The notes beneath the pieces were generated by a model, which made no database searches, was not told where the DNA came from, and was given only the letters and a program-made list of their open reading frames with translations. The position numbers and the translations under genes are program-made. Shown here piece by piece: positions 1 to 8,932 of a stretch of 64,000 nucleotides of DNA (positions within the stretch are counted from its first letter, which is position 1; every line of letters starts with the position of its first letter). The stretch spans positions 64,001 to 128,000 of the forward strand of contig CAXXMR010000019.1 in the NCBI GenBank assembly GCA_963663805.2, written 5' to 3'. This DNA comes from Sedimentisphaerales bacterium (GTDB lineage Bacteria > Planctomycetota > Phycisphaerae > Sedimentisphaerales > SM23-30).

Positions 1-143
1 TCGAGAAGATGCTGTCTGAAAAGCGTTGCTGCCTGGTCGATTTCCGCATAGTACGTGAGGAAAACGTCTGGCCTATGGTAGCGGCAGGCAAAGGACTCCA
101 TGAGATGTCCGGTTTACCGGCGGAAAGTGCCGAATTACTCTGA
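1..143 (+). CDS. ilvB: Acetolactate synthase large subunit, 3' end (truncated by window edge)
   Basis: Manual translation from nt 3: EKMLSEKRCCLVDFRIVREENVWPMVAAGKGLHEM...*, matching the EENVxPMVxxG C-terminal motif; directly upstream of ilvN-ilvC. Confidence 0.85.
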   Translation, partial: EKMLSEKRCCLVDFRIVREENVWPMVAAGKGLHEMSGLPAESAELL

Positions 144-224
144 TTTCAGCCGTACTCAATGCTGGACAGATAGTCCCCCGGCTCATAAAATACCCGAACC
201 AAAACCCCCAGGGGTTTGTGAAAT

Positions 225-719
225 ATGCAGGTGAATACTATGAAACGTACATTAAGCGCATTAGTGCAGAACCAGCCCGGCGTTCTGGCCCATGTGGCCG
301 GCATGTTCGCCGCGCGTTGTTTTAACATTGATTCTCTGGCCGTTGGCCGGACCGAAGATCCTAATCTCTCCCGTATGACCATTGTCGTTATCGGAGATGA
401 TAACACTATCGAACAGGTCCGCAAGCAGTTGGCCAAAATCATACCGGTTGTAAAAGTCCATGACTTTACCGGTGAAAACCTGGTCCAACGTGACCTCATG
501 CTCATCAAAGTTGCGGTAACTCCGGAAAAAAGGCCTGAAATTCAGGCAATTGTCGAGATGTTTCAGGCAAAAGTGGTGGACATCGGCCCAAAATTTGTTA
601 TGGTTGAGATCGCCGGCCCCGAACAGAAGATCGAAGCTTTTATAGACACATGTCGTCCTTATGGGGTCAAGGACGTCGCCAGAACCGGAATGATAGCAAT
701 GCCGCGGCACACTAAGTAA
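225..719 (+). CDS. ilvN: Acetolactate synthase small (regulatory) subunit
   Basis: ACT-domain motifs LVQNQPGVLAHVAGMFAARCFNIDSLAVG, EQVRKQLAK, VARTG; start may be ATG 240. Confidence 0.95.
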   Translation: MQVNTMKRTLSALVQNQPGVLAHVAGMFAARCFNIDSLAVGRTEDPNLSRMTIVVIGDDNTIEQVRKQLAKIIPVVKVHDFTGENLVQRDLMLIKVAVTPEKRPEIQAIVEMFQAKVVDIGPKFVMVEIAGPEQKIEAFIDTCRPYGVKDVARTGMIAMPRHTK

Positions 720-753
720 GCCCGGCCCAAAATTCCAAGGAGATTTTATTACT

Positions 754-1761
754 ATGAGCAATGCCAAAATCTATTACGAAGCAGACGCACCCAAGACCGG
801 ACTCGAAGGTAAGACCGTTGCTGTTATCGGCTACGGTTCGCAGGGTCACGCCCACAGCCAGAACCTCCGCGACAGCGGTATGAGCGTTATTGTCGCGGAG
901 CTGGAAGGCACGGAAAATTACAAACTGGCGGAAAAGCACGGTTTTAAGCCGATGAAGGCCTCGGACGCTGTCAAGCAGGCCGACCTGATTATCATCACTC
1001 TGCCGGATGAATGGCAGAGCAAGATTTATGAATCAGAAATCTCGCCGAATCTCAGTGCGGGCAAAACCCTGGGTTTCTGCCACGGTTTCAATATCCACTT
1101 CAAGTACATCACTCCGCCGGACAATATCAACATCGTTATGATCGCCCCGAAGGGTCCGGGCCATCTGGTCCGCAGTGAATATGTCAAAGGCGGCGGTGTG
1201 CCGTGTCTTATCGCGGTGGAAAAAGACGCTGACGGCAAGGCCAAAGATGTCGCGTTGGCCTGGGCCAATGGTATCGGCGGTGCCCGCGCGGGTATCCTTG
1301 AAACCACCTTCAAAGAAGAAACCGAAACTGACCTTTTCGGCGAACAGGTTGTTCTCTGCGGCGGTCTGACGGCTCTTATCAAAGCCGGTTTCCAGACTCT
1401 GGTTGATGCTGGTTACCAGCCGGAAGTGGCATACTTTGAATGTCTGCATGAAGTAAAACTCATCGTTGACCTGATGTACGAAGGCGGCATGAGCTACATG
1501 CGTTACAGTATTTCCAACACGGCTGAATATGGCGACCTGACCCGCGGCCCGCGTCTGGTAACTGATGCAACCAAGGCTGAAATGAAGAAGATTCTGGACG
1601 AAATCTGCACCGGCAAATTCGCCAAGGAATGGATAGACGAAGTCAACGGCGGCATGAAAAACTTCAAGGCACTGTACGAGATGGATCATGACGGTACCCT
1701 GGAGCAAGTCGGCCGTAAATTACGGAATATGATGTCATGGATCGACGCAAAGGAAGTCTAA
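754..1761 (+). CDS. ilvC: Ketol-acid reductoisomerase
   Basis: IGYGSQGHAH, APKGPGHLVR, EETETDLFGEQVVLCGG motifs. Confidence 0.98.
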   Translation: MSNAKIYYEADAPKTGLEGKTVAVIGYGSQGHAHSQNLRDSGMSVIVAELEGTENYKLAEKHGFKPMKASDAVKQADLIIITLPDEWQSKIYESEISPNLSAGKTLGFCHGFNIHFKYITPPDNINIVMIAPKGPGHLVRSEYVKGGGVPCLIAVEKDADGKAKDVALAWANGIGGARAGILETTFKEETETDLFGEQVVLCGGLTALIKAGFQTLVDAGYQPEVAYFECLHEVKLIVDLMYEGGMSYMRYSISNTAEYGDLTRGPRLVTDATKAEMKKILDEICTGKFAKEWIDEVNGGMKNFKALYEMDHDGTLEQVGRKLRNMMSWIDAKEV

Positions 1762-1762
1762 T

Positions 1763-2959
1763 ATGAGCAAAAAGAAAAAAGTTGCTAAAAAGGCTGTGAA
1801 GAAGACCGTTAAGAAGGTCACCCCCCCCAAACCGGTTGCAAAGACGAAGCCCACGGTTGCCAAATCCAACAAGGCTGTTGTGAGCAAATCCCGGTCTCGT
1901 TCGGTGGTCGCTGGGGCGGCGGTGCCCAAACCGGCTGTTGACCTGGAGCGTTTGCTGGAGCTTGACTTCGTGCGTACGACCGAAGCGGCTGCTCTGAACG
2001 CCTATCGCTGGCTGGGTCGGGGCAACGCTCAGGCTGCCCATGCGGCCGCTGTGGATGCCATTCGCGGCACTCTGGATCTTTCCAGTGTATCGGGTACGGT
2101 ACTTTTCGGCGACGGGACCAAGCCCCAGCCCGGCGGGATTACGCCCGGCGAACAGTTGGGAAACTGGGGACCTGGTTCTCTCCAGATGGACCTGGCGATG
2201 ATACCGATTGACGGTTTGCGTCTGGTCGAACAAGGTCTGTGGGGTGCCATCGCGGTGCTGGTTGCGGCCCGCAGTGACGATGATATGCCGGCCCTGACAC
2301 CGATTGCCTCGAAGTACATGGAGAAGATCGCTTTCGGTCCTGCGGTTCAGGAAGGTCCGGGCAGAGTACATCTCAATGCTTCGGTTCGTGACAATCTTGA
2401 GATCGTGGCCATGAAACTCGGCAAGCGTGTTCAGGACCTGAACGTGGCGGTGCTCGATCGTAAGCGTCACGAAAAACTCGTTAAGGATATTCGTCAGGCA
2501 GGCGCTTCGGCGCGGTTGTTTACTGACGGCGACATTGCCGGCTGTATGGCAGCCTGTATGCCCAACACGGGTGTCGATGTCTTTATGGGTACGGGCGGTT
2601 CGACCGAGGCGGTACTAGCCGCGGCGGCCATCAAGTGCATGGGCGGTGAAATCCTCACCCGCATGGCACCGGTTGATAGCAAAGAAGAAAAACAAATCGT
2701 CAAGGAAATGGGCGACGGCGTTCTCAAGAAGATTTATACTGCCGACGACCTCGCCCGCGGCGATAAGGTTGTGTTTGTCGCTACCGGAATTACCGACGGT
2801 AATATCCTGCGCGGCGTTCACGTAGACGGCCAGTCGGCTTCGACATCTTCGATAGTTATGCGTTCCCGCTATCGCACCGTTCGCAAGGTCAAGGCGACCC
2901 ATGACCTCAGCCATAAGACCATCCGGCTCCGCAGTGCTGAGGCCGAGGCCAGACTGTAG
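1763..2959 (+). CDS. GlpX (class II fructose-1,6-bisphosphatase)-family protein with degenerate active site and Lys-rich N-terminal extension
   Basis: RTTEAAAL..RWLGRG, YMEK, DGD, VFVATGITDG and RSRYRTVR match GlpX; the GEGE and DPIEGT motifs are altered. Confidence 0.85.
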   Translation: MSKKKKVAKKAVKKTVKKVTPPKPVAKTKPTVAKSNKAVVSKSRSRSVVAGAAVPKPAVDLERLLELDFVRTTEAAALNAYRWLGRGNAQAAHAAAVDAIRGTLDLSSVSGTVLFGDGTKPQPGGITPGEQLGNWGPGSLQMDLAMIPIDGLRLVEQGLWGAIAVLVAARSDDDMPALTPIASKYMEKIAFGPAVQEGPGRVHLNASVRDNLEIVAMKLGKRVQDLNVAVLDRKRHEKLVKDIRQAGASARLFTDGDIAGCMAACMPNTGVDVFMGTGGSTEAVLAAAAIKCMGGEILTRMAPVDSKEEKQIVKEMGDGVLKKIYTADDLARGDKVVFVATGITDGNILRGVHVDGQSASTSSIVMRSRYRTVRKVKATHDLSHKTIRLRSAEAEARL

Positions 2960-2960
2960 T

Positions 2961-3278
2961 ATGACAAACCCCGGCAGTGATGATGTATTTGAAATTGTCG
3001 AACCTTTAGGCAAAAGGGTTCTCATCCGCAAGGACGAGGACAAAAAAGAAACCAAAGGCGGTATTCGTTTGCCCGACAATATCGAAATACCTACCATTAC
3101 CGGGAGAATTGTCGCGGTTTCGGCTGAAATAGAGTCCGACCCGCTGGTGCCTTTGCAGCAGTACGACAAAGTACTGTTCAACCCTAAAAGCGCCATCCCG
3201 GTCGACTTTGAAGGCAAGAATCGGCTATTTGTTGTTGATGTTGAACATGTGGTAGCGGTCTTCCGAAGAAACCGATAA
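2961..3278 (+). CDS. groES: Co-chaperonin GroES (Cpn10)-family protein
   Basis: EPLGKRVLI, ETKGGIRLPD, GRIVAV, DKVLF pattern; ATG 2961 immediately follows the glpX-like stop. Confidence 0.85.
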   Translation: MTNPGSDDVFEIVEPLGKRVLIRKDEDKKETKGGIRLPDNIEIPTITGRIVAVSAEIESDPLVPLQQYDKVLFNPKSAIPVDFEGKNRLFVVDVEHVVAVFRRNR

Positions 3279-3512
3279 TTTTCTTAGCGATTTACAATCA
3301 AAACCGTGCCTGGATATACCAACCAGTCGCGGTTTTTTATTACCCAATCTTCCCCCTTGCATCGTGTGGCCGCTTCTGCTAGACTGGCCCAGGTCAAATG
3401 AACTCCAACGGGCCTTTTGCGTAGTAACGCAAGTAACAAAATCGAAGCGGCCTTTCTGGAACCTGACCCCGCCCGGCACAGGCTGGCTGTGTAAGAAAAT
3501 AACGGTGAATCC

Positions 3513-4037
3513 ATGGACATACTGAACGAAGAACAAATTGCCCACCTGCTCCGCAAAATCGCTGGTGAAATCGCCGCGGATTCCGATTCCCGCAAATCCA
3601 TTGCCCTTATCGGCATACGTTCCGGCGGAGAAATTCTCGCCCAGCGTCTGGCCCGCATACTCAAAGAGCAGCATCAAATCACCGCTGATTGCGGCGCTCT
3701 GGATATTACTCTCTATCGCGACGATATTAACCAGATGGGTTCGTCAGGACAGCCCACGGTCAGGGCTACTGAGATTGATTTCGGTGTCGATAATCGCGTT
3801 GTGGTTCTGGTCGATGATGTTATGCAGACGGGACGGTCGATACGGTCCGCTCTGGACGCTTTGACGGCCTTGGGGCGGCCTCGTGTTATTCGTCTGGCGG
3901 TGCTGGTTGACCGGGGACATCGCGAAATTCCTATTCAGCCGGACTTTACCGGGACAAAATTTGACGCGCCGACCACCAGGAAAATCATTCTCCAGCTCAA
4001 AGAAACTCAGGGTCGCGACGAGGTGATACTCGAATAA
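3513..4037 (+). CDS. pyrR: Bifunctional pyrimidine regulator / uracil phosphoribosyltransferase
   Basis: LDITLYRDD, VVLVDDVMQTGRS, LAVLVDRGHREIPI; upstream of pyrB. Confidence 0.95.
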   Translation: MDILNEEQIAHLLRKIAGEIAADSDSRKSIALIGIRSGGEILAQRLARILKEQHQITADCGALDITLYRDDINQMGSSGQPTVRATEIDFGVDNRVVVLVDDVMQTGRSIRSALDALTALGRPRVIRLAVLVDRGHREIPIQPDFTGTKFDAPTTRKIILQLKETQGRDEVILE

Positions 4038-4060
4038 ATTTTCATGCTAAAGGATGTTTC

Positions 4061-5077
4061 ATGACAATTTTTACCGGTAATGCAAAACCCGGCCCAATTC
4101 CGGCGGACCCCGGCGTTGGAAATCCTCAGCCGTTTATCTGGCAGCGTAAACATCTGCTGGGGCTCAGGGATTTGTCGCGGGCAGAACTTGTCCACCTGCT
4201 CGATACCGCCGAAGGGTTCAAAGAGGTATCTCGCCGTTCGATAAAAAAAGCTCCTCCGTTACGCGGCAAGGTTGTGGTCAATCTTTTTTTTGAGGACAGC
4301 ACCCGCACCCGCAACAGTTTTTCGCTCGCCGCCAGCCGCCTCAGTGCCGATGTATTGGAATTCACCGCCAAAGGTTCCAGCATTTCCAAAGGTGAAACTT
4401 TGCGTGACACCGCCCGCAATATCGAAGCGATGGGCGTTGACATTGTCGTGATACGTCATCAGGCCAGCGGCACGGCCCAATTGCTCAGTAAATGTATTGA
4501 CGCCTGTGTCGTCAACGCTGGCGACGGCTCCCACGAGCATCCCACCCAGGGGCTGCTCGATATATTCACAATTCGCGAACTGCGCCCGGACCTCACCGGC
4601 TTGAAAGTTGCTATCGTCGGCGACATTGCTCATTCCCGTGTTGCCCGCAGTAATATCTGGGGACTTAACACGCTCGGTGCTAAAGTTTATCTGGTTGGGC
4701 CTCCGACTCTTATGCCGCCGGAAGTAGGTAAATGGCCTGTTACTGTTTGTCACGACTTCGATGAAATTATCGGCGAGATGGACGTGCTGAATATGCTTCG
4801 TGTTCAGTTTGAGCGAATCGGCAGTTCGGTTTTTCCGTCTGTGCGTGAATATTCCCGCCTCTTCGGTCTAACCGCAAAGCGCCTGCATCGCGCGAAAAAA
4901 GATGTCATCGTCATGCACCCCGGCCCTATCAACCGCGGGCTCGAACTCGAAAGCGAAGTTGCCGACGGGCCCAACAGTACCATACTTCGCCAGGTGTCGA
5001 ACGGCGTGACCATACGCATGGCCGTCCTGTTCCTTGTCAATCAAGCCGCGATGGCCCAGAACAAAACAGAGTACTAA
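4061..5077 (+). CDS. pyrB: Aspartate carbamoyltransferase catalytic subunit
   Basis: FFEDSTRTR, HEHPTQ, GDIAHSRVARS, MHPGPINRG. Confidence 0.98.
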   Translation: MTIFTGNAKPGPIPADPGVGNPQPFIWQRKHLLGLRDLSRAELVHLLDTAEGFKEVSRRSIKKAPPLRGKVVVNLFFEDSTRTRNSFSLAASRLSADVLEFTAKGSSISKGETLRDTARNIEAMGVDIVVIRHQASGTAQLLSKCIDACVVNAGDGSHEHPTQGLLDIFTIRELRPDLTGLKVAIVGDIAHSRVARSNIWGLNTLGAKVYLVGPPTLMPPEVGKWPVTVCHDFDEIIGEMDVLNMLRVQFERIGSSVFPSVREYSRLFGLTAKRLHRAKKDVIVMHPGPINRGLELESEVADGPNSTILRQVSNGVTIRMAVLFLVNQAAMAQNKTEY

Positions 5078-5083
5078 AAAACA

Positions 5084-6369
5084 ATGACACAATTGCTTAT
5101 TAAAAACGGCAGAATCATCGACCCCGCGACAAAAACCGATAAGGTCGGCGACCTGCTCATCGAAGACGGCCACATTAAAGAAATTGGCAAGGTGTCGTTC
5201 GCAAAAACCGCACAGGTTATCGACGCGACCGGTAAACTCGTTACGCCCGGCCTGATTGACATGCATGTTCATCTGCGCGAGCCCGGCGACGAAGAGGAAG
5301 AAACTATCGCTTCTGGTTCGGCGGCGGCGGTTGCGGGGGGGTTTACCTCGATTGTCTGTATGCCCAATACCGACCCGCCTATCGACAACGAAGCGACCGT
5401 AGATTTTGTTTATCGCCAGGCGGCGGCGGCTGACATGGCCCATGTATACGCAGCCGGTGCCCTGACCAAGCAGCAAGGCGGCCAGGAACTTGCCGAGATG
5501 GGCCAGATGGTCCGCGGCGGTGCGATAGCTTTTACCGATGACGGCCAGGGCGTACAAAACCCCGCTGTTATGCTCAAGGCCCTGCAATACGCTAGTATGT
5601 TCGACAAGGTTGTCATGCAGCATTGTCAGGACAATCAACTCTCCAATAACGGGGCCATGAATGCCGGCTATAATGCCGCTATTCTGGGGCTGCCCGGTAT
5701 TTCGCCTCTGGCTGAAGAACTGATGCTCTATCGAGATATTCAGCTCGTCCGCCAGAGCAAAGCCCGCTATCACGCCCAGCACATCTCCACGGCTGGTTCG
5801 GTTGAAATTATTCGTACCGCTAAACAAAAAGGTATACGTGTTACCGCCGAAGTAACTCCCCATCACCTGTTGCTCACCGAAGAAGCTTGCTGCGATTACG
5901 ACACCAACACCAAAATGAACCCACCCCTGAGAACCCGAAAAAAGACCTCTCTGCCTTACGCGAAGCAGTCGCCGACGGCACCATAGATTGTCTCGCCACG
6001 GACCATGCCCCACATCTTTCCAGTGAAAAAGAGTTGGAATTTATTGCCGCACCTTGTGGTATCATTTCCCTTGATTGTGCCCTCGGTTTGTATGCTAAGG
6101 CGCTTATAGATACCGGAACTATCGACTGGGCCCGCCTGATTGAGATGATGACCGTTAACCCTGCTGGTATTCTGGGTATCGAGCGTGGCACATTAGCGGT
6201 CGGAGCCCCCGCGGATGTCACTATTATTGACCATAAAAATAAATTTACCGTAAAAGTGGAAAATTTTGCTTCTAAAAGCCGCAATTGTCCGTATAATGGC
6301 TGGTGTCTGAGCGCTCGGGCTGTTTGCACCATCGTTGATGGCAAAGTAAAATTCCAGGCGAAAGCTTAG
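5084..6369 (+). CDS. pyrC: Dihydroorotase, split by one frameshift near 5935-5943 (probable sequence error)
   Basis: ORF 5084-5986 has DMHVHLREPG and KMNPPLRT; ORF 5887-6369 continues DLSALREAVADGTIDCLATDHAPH. Confidence 0.93.
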
Positions 6370-6374
6370 CTTCG

Positions 6375-6899
6375 GTGCCTTATATCGTCGATGGTTACAA
6401 TCTTTATCACGCGATATGTAAACTGTCAGAAGATCTTAGCCGGATTACGCCGCGAACGCTGTGTTGTTTTGTTGCTCAGGATATGTCAATCCTGAAAAAT
6501 GACGCGACGATAGTATTTGACGGCAATCCCTGGCCCAGACAAAATGTAGAAGAAGTTGAACCGGTTGGGTATGTCAAACTGCTTTTCAGCGGTCCTGATT
6601 CTGACGCCGACTCCGAAATTGAGCATTTGATTCAAAAAAGCTCAGCTCCGCGTCGGCTGACTGTAATCAGCAGTGACAGACGTCTTTATCGTGCCGCCCG
6701 GAAGCGTCGGGCCCGGTGGCAGAAATCTACGGACTATCTGTTTGAAATGTTCGATCGGGCAAGCAGGCCGCCCAGACTGCCTCCGGAACCGCCGGAGAAG
6801 CGTAAAGGTGTGCCCGAAGGAGAGTTGGATCATTGGCTTGACCTGTTCGGCATTGACAATGACGAACAGGACGACGGGTTAGGCCGAACCAGGATGTAA
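6375..6899 (+). CDS. NYN-domain (YacP/Rae1-like) ribonuclease
   Basis: IVDGYNL, IVFDG, DADSEI, VISSD acidic motifs. Confidence 0.85.
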   Translation: MPYIVDGYNLYHAICKLSEDLSRITPRTLCCFVAQDMSILKNDATIVFDGNPWPRQNVEEVEPVGYVKLLFSGPDSDADSEIEHLIQKSSAPRRLTVISSDRRLYRAARKRRARWQKSTDYLFEMFDRASRPPRLPPEPPEKRKGVPEGELDHWLDLFGIDNDEQDDGLGRTRM

Positions 6900-6902
6900 A
6901 TC

Positions 6903-7307
6903 ATGACTGATACAACGCATTGTACGGAATCGCAAGGTAACGCAACCGTAGCTCTCAGGACTACTCCAATATTGCGGATAGTCAATCACCGCAAACATGA
7001 ACGGCTCGTTCGTGCCTTTCCTTTCTGGCTAATCAACCCTAGTGGCCACGCGGTCGCCCGTTTCTATACTGAAAACATCAGCAACGCTGGCTGTTACGGC
7101 TCTTCCGATCATGCCCCCGAGCTGCCGACTGGCCAAGATTTTCTCATCGAGATAAAAATCCCCCGCCAGACCGAAAATACCTACATGCTGGAAAACGTTA
7201 GAATCCCCGTTACAATCGTACGGTCCGAACGCACTATTTCATATTCCAGAGATGCTCTGGCAATTGCTCTAAAATTCGCGGCCCCGCTCGAACTCGATAT
7301 TGATTAG
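6903..7307 (+). CDS. PilZ-domain (c-di-GMP-binding) protein
   Basis: RKHER (RxxxR) and NISNAG (D/NxSxxG) motifs. Confidence 0.75.
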   Translation: MTDTTHCTESQGNATVALRTTPILRIVNHRKHERLVRAFPFWLINPSGHAVARFYTENISNAGCYGSSDHAPELPTGQDFLIEIKIPRQTENTYMLENVRIPVTIVRSERTISYSRDALAIALKFAAPLELDID

Positions 7308-7339
7308 GGGGGGTCCGGTCTTAACTCCGCAGTTCAAGG

Positions 7340-7822
7340 CTATTTGATTTCCGATTTGGCGATATTGAGCAGTTCATAATTTACTTCGCCGCGTGGGGTA
7401 TTTACCGTGAATTTAGCGCCCGCCGCTCGTCCCACCAAAGCACTGCCGATGGGCGAAAGAATCGAAATGCTGTTATCCAGCAAATCCGAATCGTGCGGCC
7501 CCAGCAGTTGATAGACTATCTCCTTATTTTCGTCCAGATTCAGCAGGGTTACAACCGTTCCGAATCCCGCACTGTCGCATGGTATTTGGCTGCAATCGGT
7601 GACTCTGGAATGATTCAGCTTGGCCCGGATTTCGCCCATTCTGCCTTCAACAAAGCCCAGATTCTGCCGACCGTAAATATATTCTGAATTTTCCTTCAAA
7701 TCCCCCAAAGCGCGTGCCTCAGCTACGCGCTGTCTCAACTCGGCCGCTTCGGTCTCCAGCTTCCTCAGTTCTTCCTCCAGCTTTTCGTGCCCCGTCTTCG
7801 ATATCGGCATAACATCAAGCAT
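7340..7822 (-). CDS. greA: Transcription elongation factor GreA
   Basis: ARALGDLKENSEY, ISILSPIGSAL. Confidence 0.93.
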   Translation of the reverse strand: MLDVMPISKTGHEKLEEELRKLETEAAELRQRVAEARALGDLKENSEYIYGRQNLGFVEGRMGEIRAKLNHSRVTDCSQIPCDSAGFGTVVTLLNLDENKEIVYQLLGPHDSDLLDNSISILSPIGSALVGRAAGAKFTVNTPRGEVNYELLNIAKSEIK

Positions 7823-7976
7823 TGCAAACCATCCATCATTCGTTAGAGATTAATATTATCCACAAACCCCTAACATAACAATTCATCGGCCCTCTGTAAA
7901 GTTGGTTCTCATGAGGATGGTGTTCTAATCCGGCTGCTTACGCGGCTCGGCTTTTGCCTGGGCCATTTGCCGTTAT

Positions 7977-8786
7977 TCAATCATTGGCGGCTACGGCGAT
8001 TACGGCGGCGGAGACCTGGGCGGCACCGGCTTTTAGCAGGGTGTTAGCGGCGACGCGGAGGGTGGTTCCGGTGGTGCTGACATCGTCGATAAGGCAGATG
8101 TGCTTACCTTCGTATGGGGCAGCGGGACGGACCTGAAAGGCGTTGTGAAGATTACGCAGTCTGTCGGTGACGGCAAGTGAGACCTGGGGGCGAGTGTAGC
8201 GTACGCGTTTGAGGTCGTCGTTGTAAGCGGTTTTGAAGCCCTGTTTGCAAAGTGTGCTTACGGCTGTCTGGGCCAGGAGTTCGGACTGGTTATATTTGCG
8301 ACGCAATTGCCGGCGCCAATGCAGGGGAATAGGGACGAAAAAGTCGGCCTGGCGAGCGATTTGGCTGCCCATTATGGCAGCGGCCAGCAGATTGCCGAGG
8401 AATTTGTCCAGTTTGGGGGTATTGTGGAATTTCAGGTTGATAATCATTTGGCGTAAAGGGTTTTGGTAGGGGCCGACCCGGACGATATGAGTGACTTTGG
8501 GGTGGGTGAATCGGCATCTGTGGCATCTGCCTTCGATGAGCGAGTAGGGCCCGGCATTATGGCCGCAGACGGGGCAATATTGGGGCAGTAAACTTTCCTG
8601 AAAAAGACGCCAGCAGTCCGGGCAAAGGACGTTTGTGTTTTTCTCGACGGACTTGTTACAGGCCTGACAGGTTGGCGGTACAATAAATTCCCGAAATGGA
8701 GTTACGACAATCCTGGAAAAACTCTCATATTTACCTGAAATTCTGCCTGTAATAGCCCGGAACGACTGTTTGGGACTCAGAGCCAT
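7977..8786 (-). CDS. comF: ComF-family protein (double zinc ribbon + PRTase)
   Basis: CQAC/CPDC/CPVC/CHRC, VPIPLHWRR..RRKYNQS, LIDDVSTTGTT. Confidence 0.92.
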   Translation of the reverse strand: MALSPKQSFRAITGRISGKYESFSRIVVTPFREFIVPPTCQACNKSVEKNTNVLCPDCWRLFQESLLPQYCPVCGHNAGPYSLIEGRCHRCRFTHPKVTHIVRVGPYQNPLRQMIINLKFHNTPKLDKFLGNLLAAAIMGSQIARQADFFVPIPLHWRRQLRRKYNQSELLAQTAVSTLCKQGFKTAYNDDLKRVRYTRPQVSLAVTDRLRNLHNAFQVRPAAPYEGKHICLIDDVSTTGTTLRVAANTLLKAGAAQVSAAVIAVAAND

Positions 8787-8792
8787 GTGACC

Positions 8793-8821
8793 ATTGTAAC
8801 GATGGGGGGTGTTAATGTCAA
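8793..8821 (-). promoter_or_regulatory. sigma70-type promoter of comF, probably leaderless
   Basis: Minus strand TTGACA-N17-TACAAT, then 6 nt, then the comF ATG. Confidence 0.75.
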
Positions 8822-8847
8822 GGATTTATTGTAGGAGATAGGGGCGT

Positions 8848-8882
8848 AAAAAAAAGAGAGCGTAACTTGCGCTACGCTCTCT
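8848..8882 (-). terminator. Rho-independent terminator of the PEP-CTERM gene
   Basis: 10-bp perfect stem AGAGAGCGTA/TACGCTCTCT followed by a U-run on the minus strand. Confidence 0.85.
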
Positions 8883-8932
8883 GGAAAAACTAAGGTTATC
8901 TCAGTTATTGTCTATTTAGACAAAGGTGAGAT

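Noticed and set aside
3279..3512. Possible PyrR-binding attenuator upstream of pyrR
   Set aside because: No recognisable ARUCC..GAGG binding loop or terminator/antiterminator pair
4868..6013. 381-aa antisense ORF (also 1033-1707 and 1664-2470)
   Set aside because: Opposite well-supported pyrB/pyrC, ilvC and glpX-like genes
7823..7976. Replication origin at the apparent C-to-G skew switch
   Set aside because: No DnaA-box cluster or origin-linked genes seen, and the skew changes again elsewhere in the window
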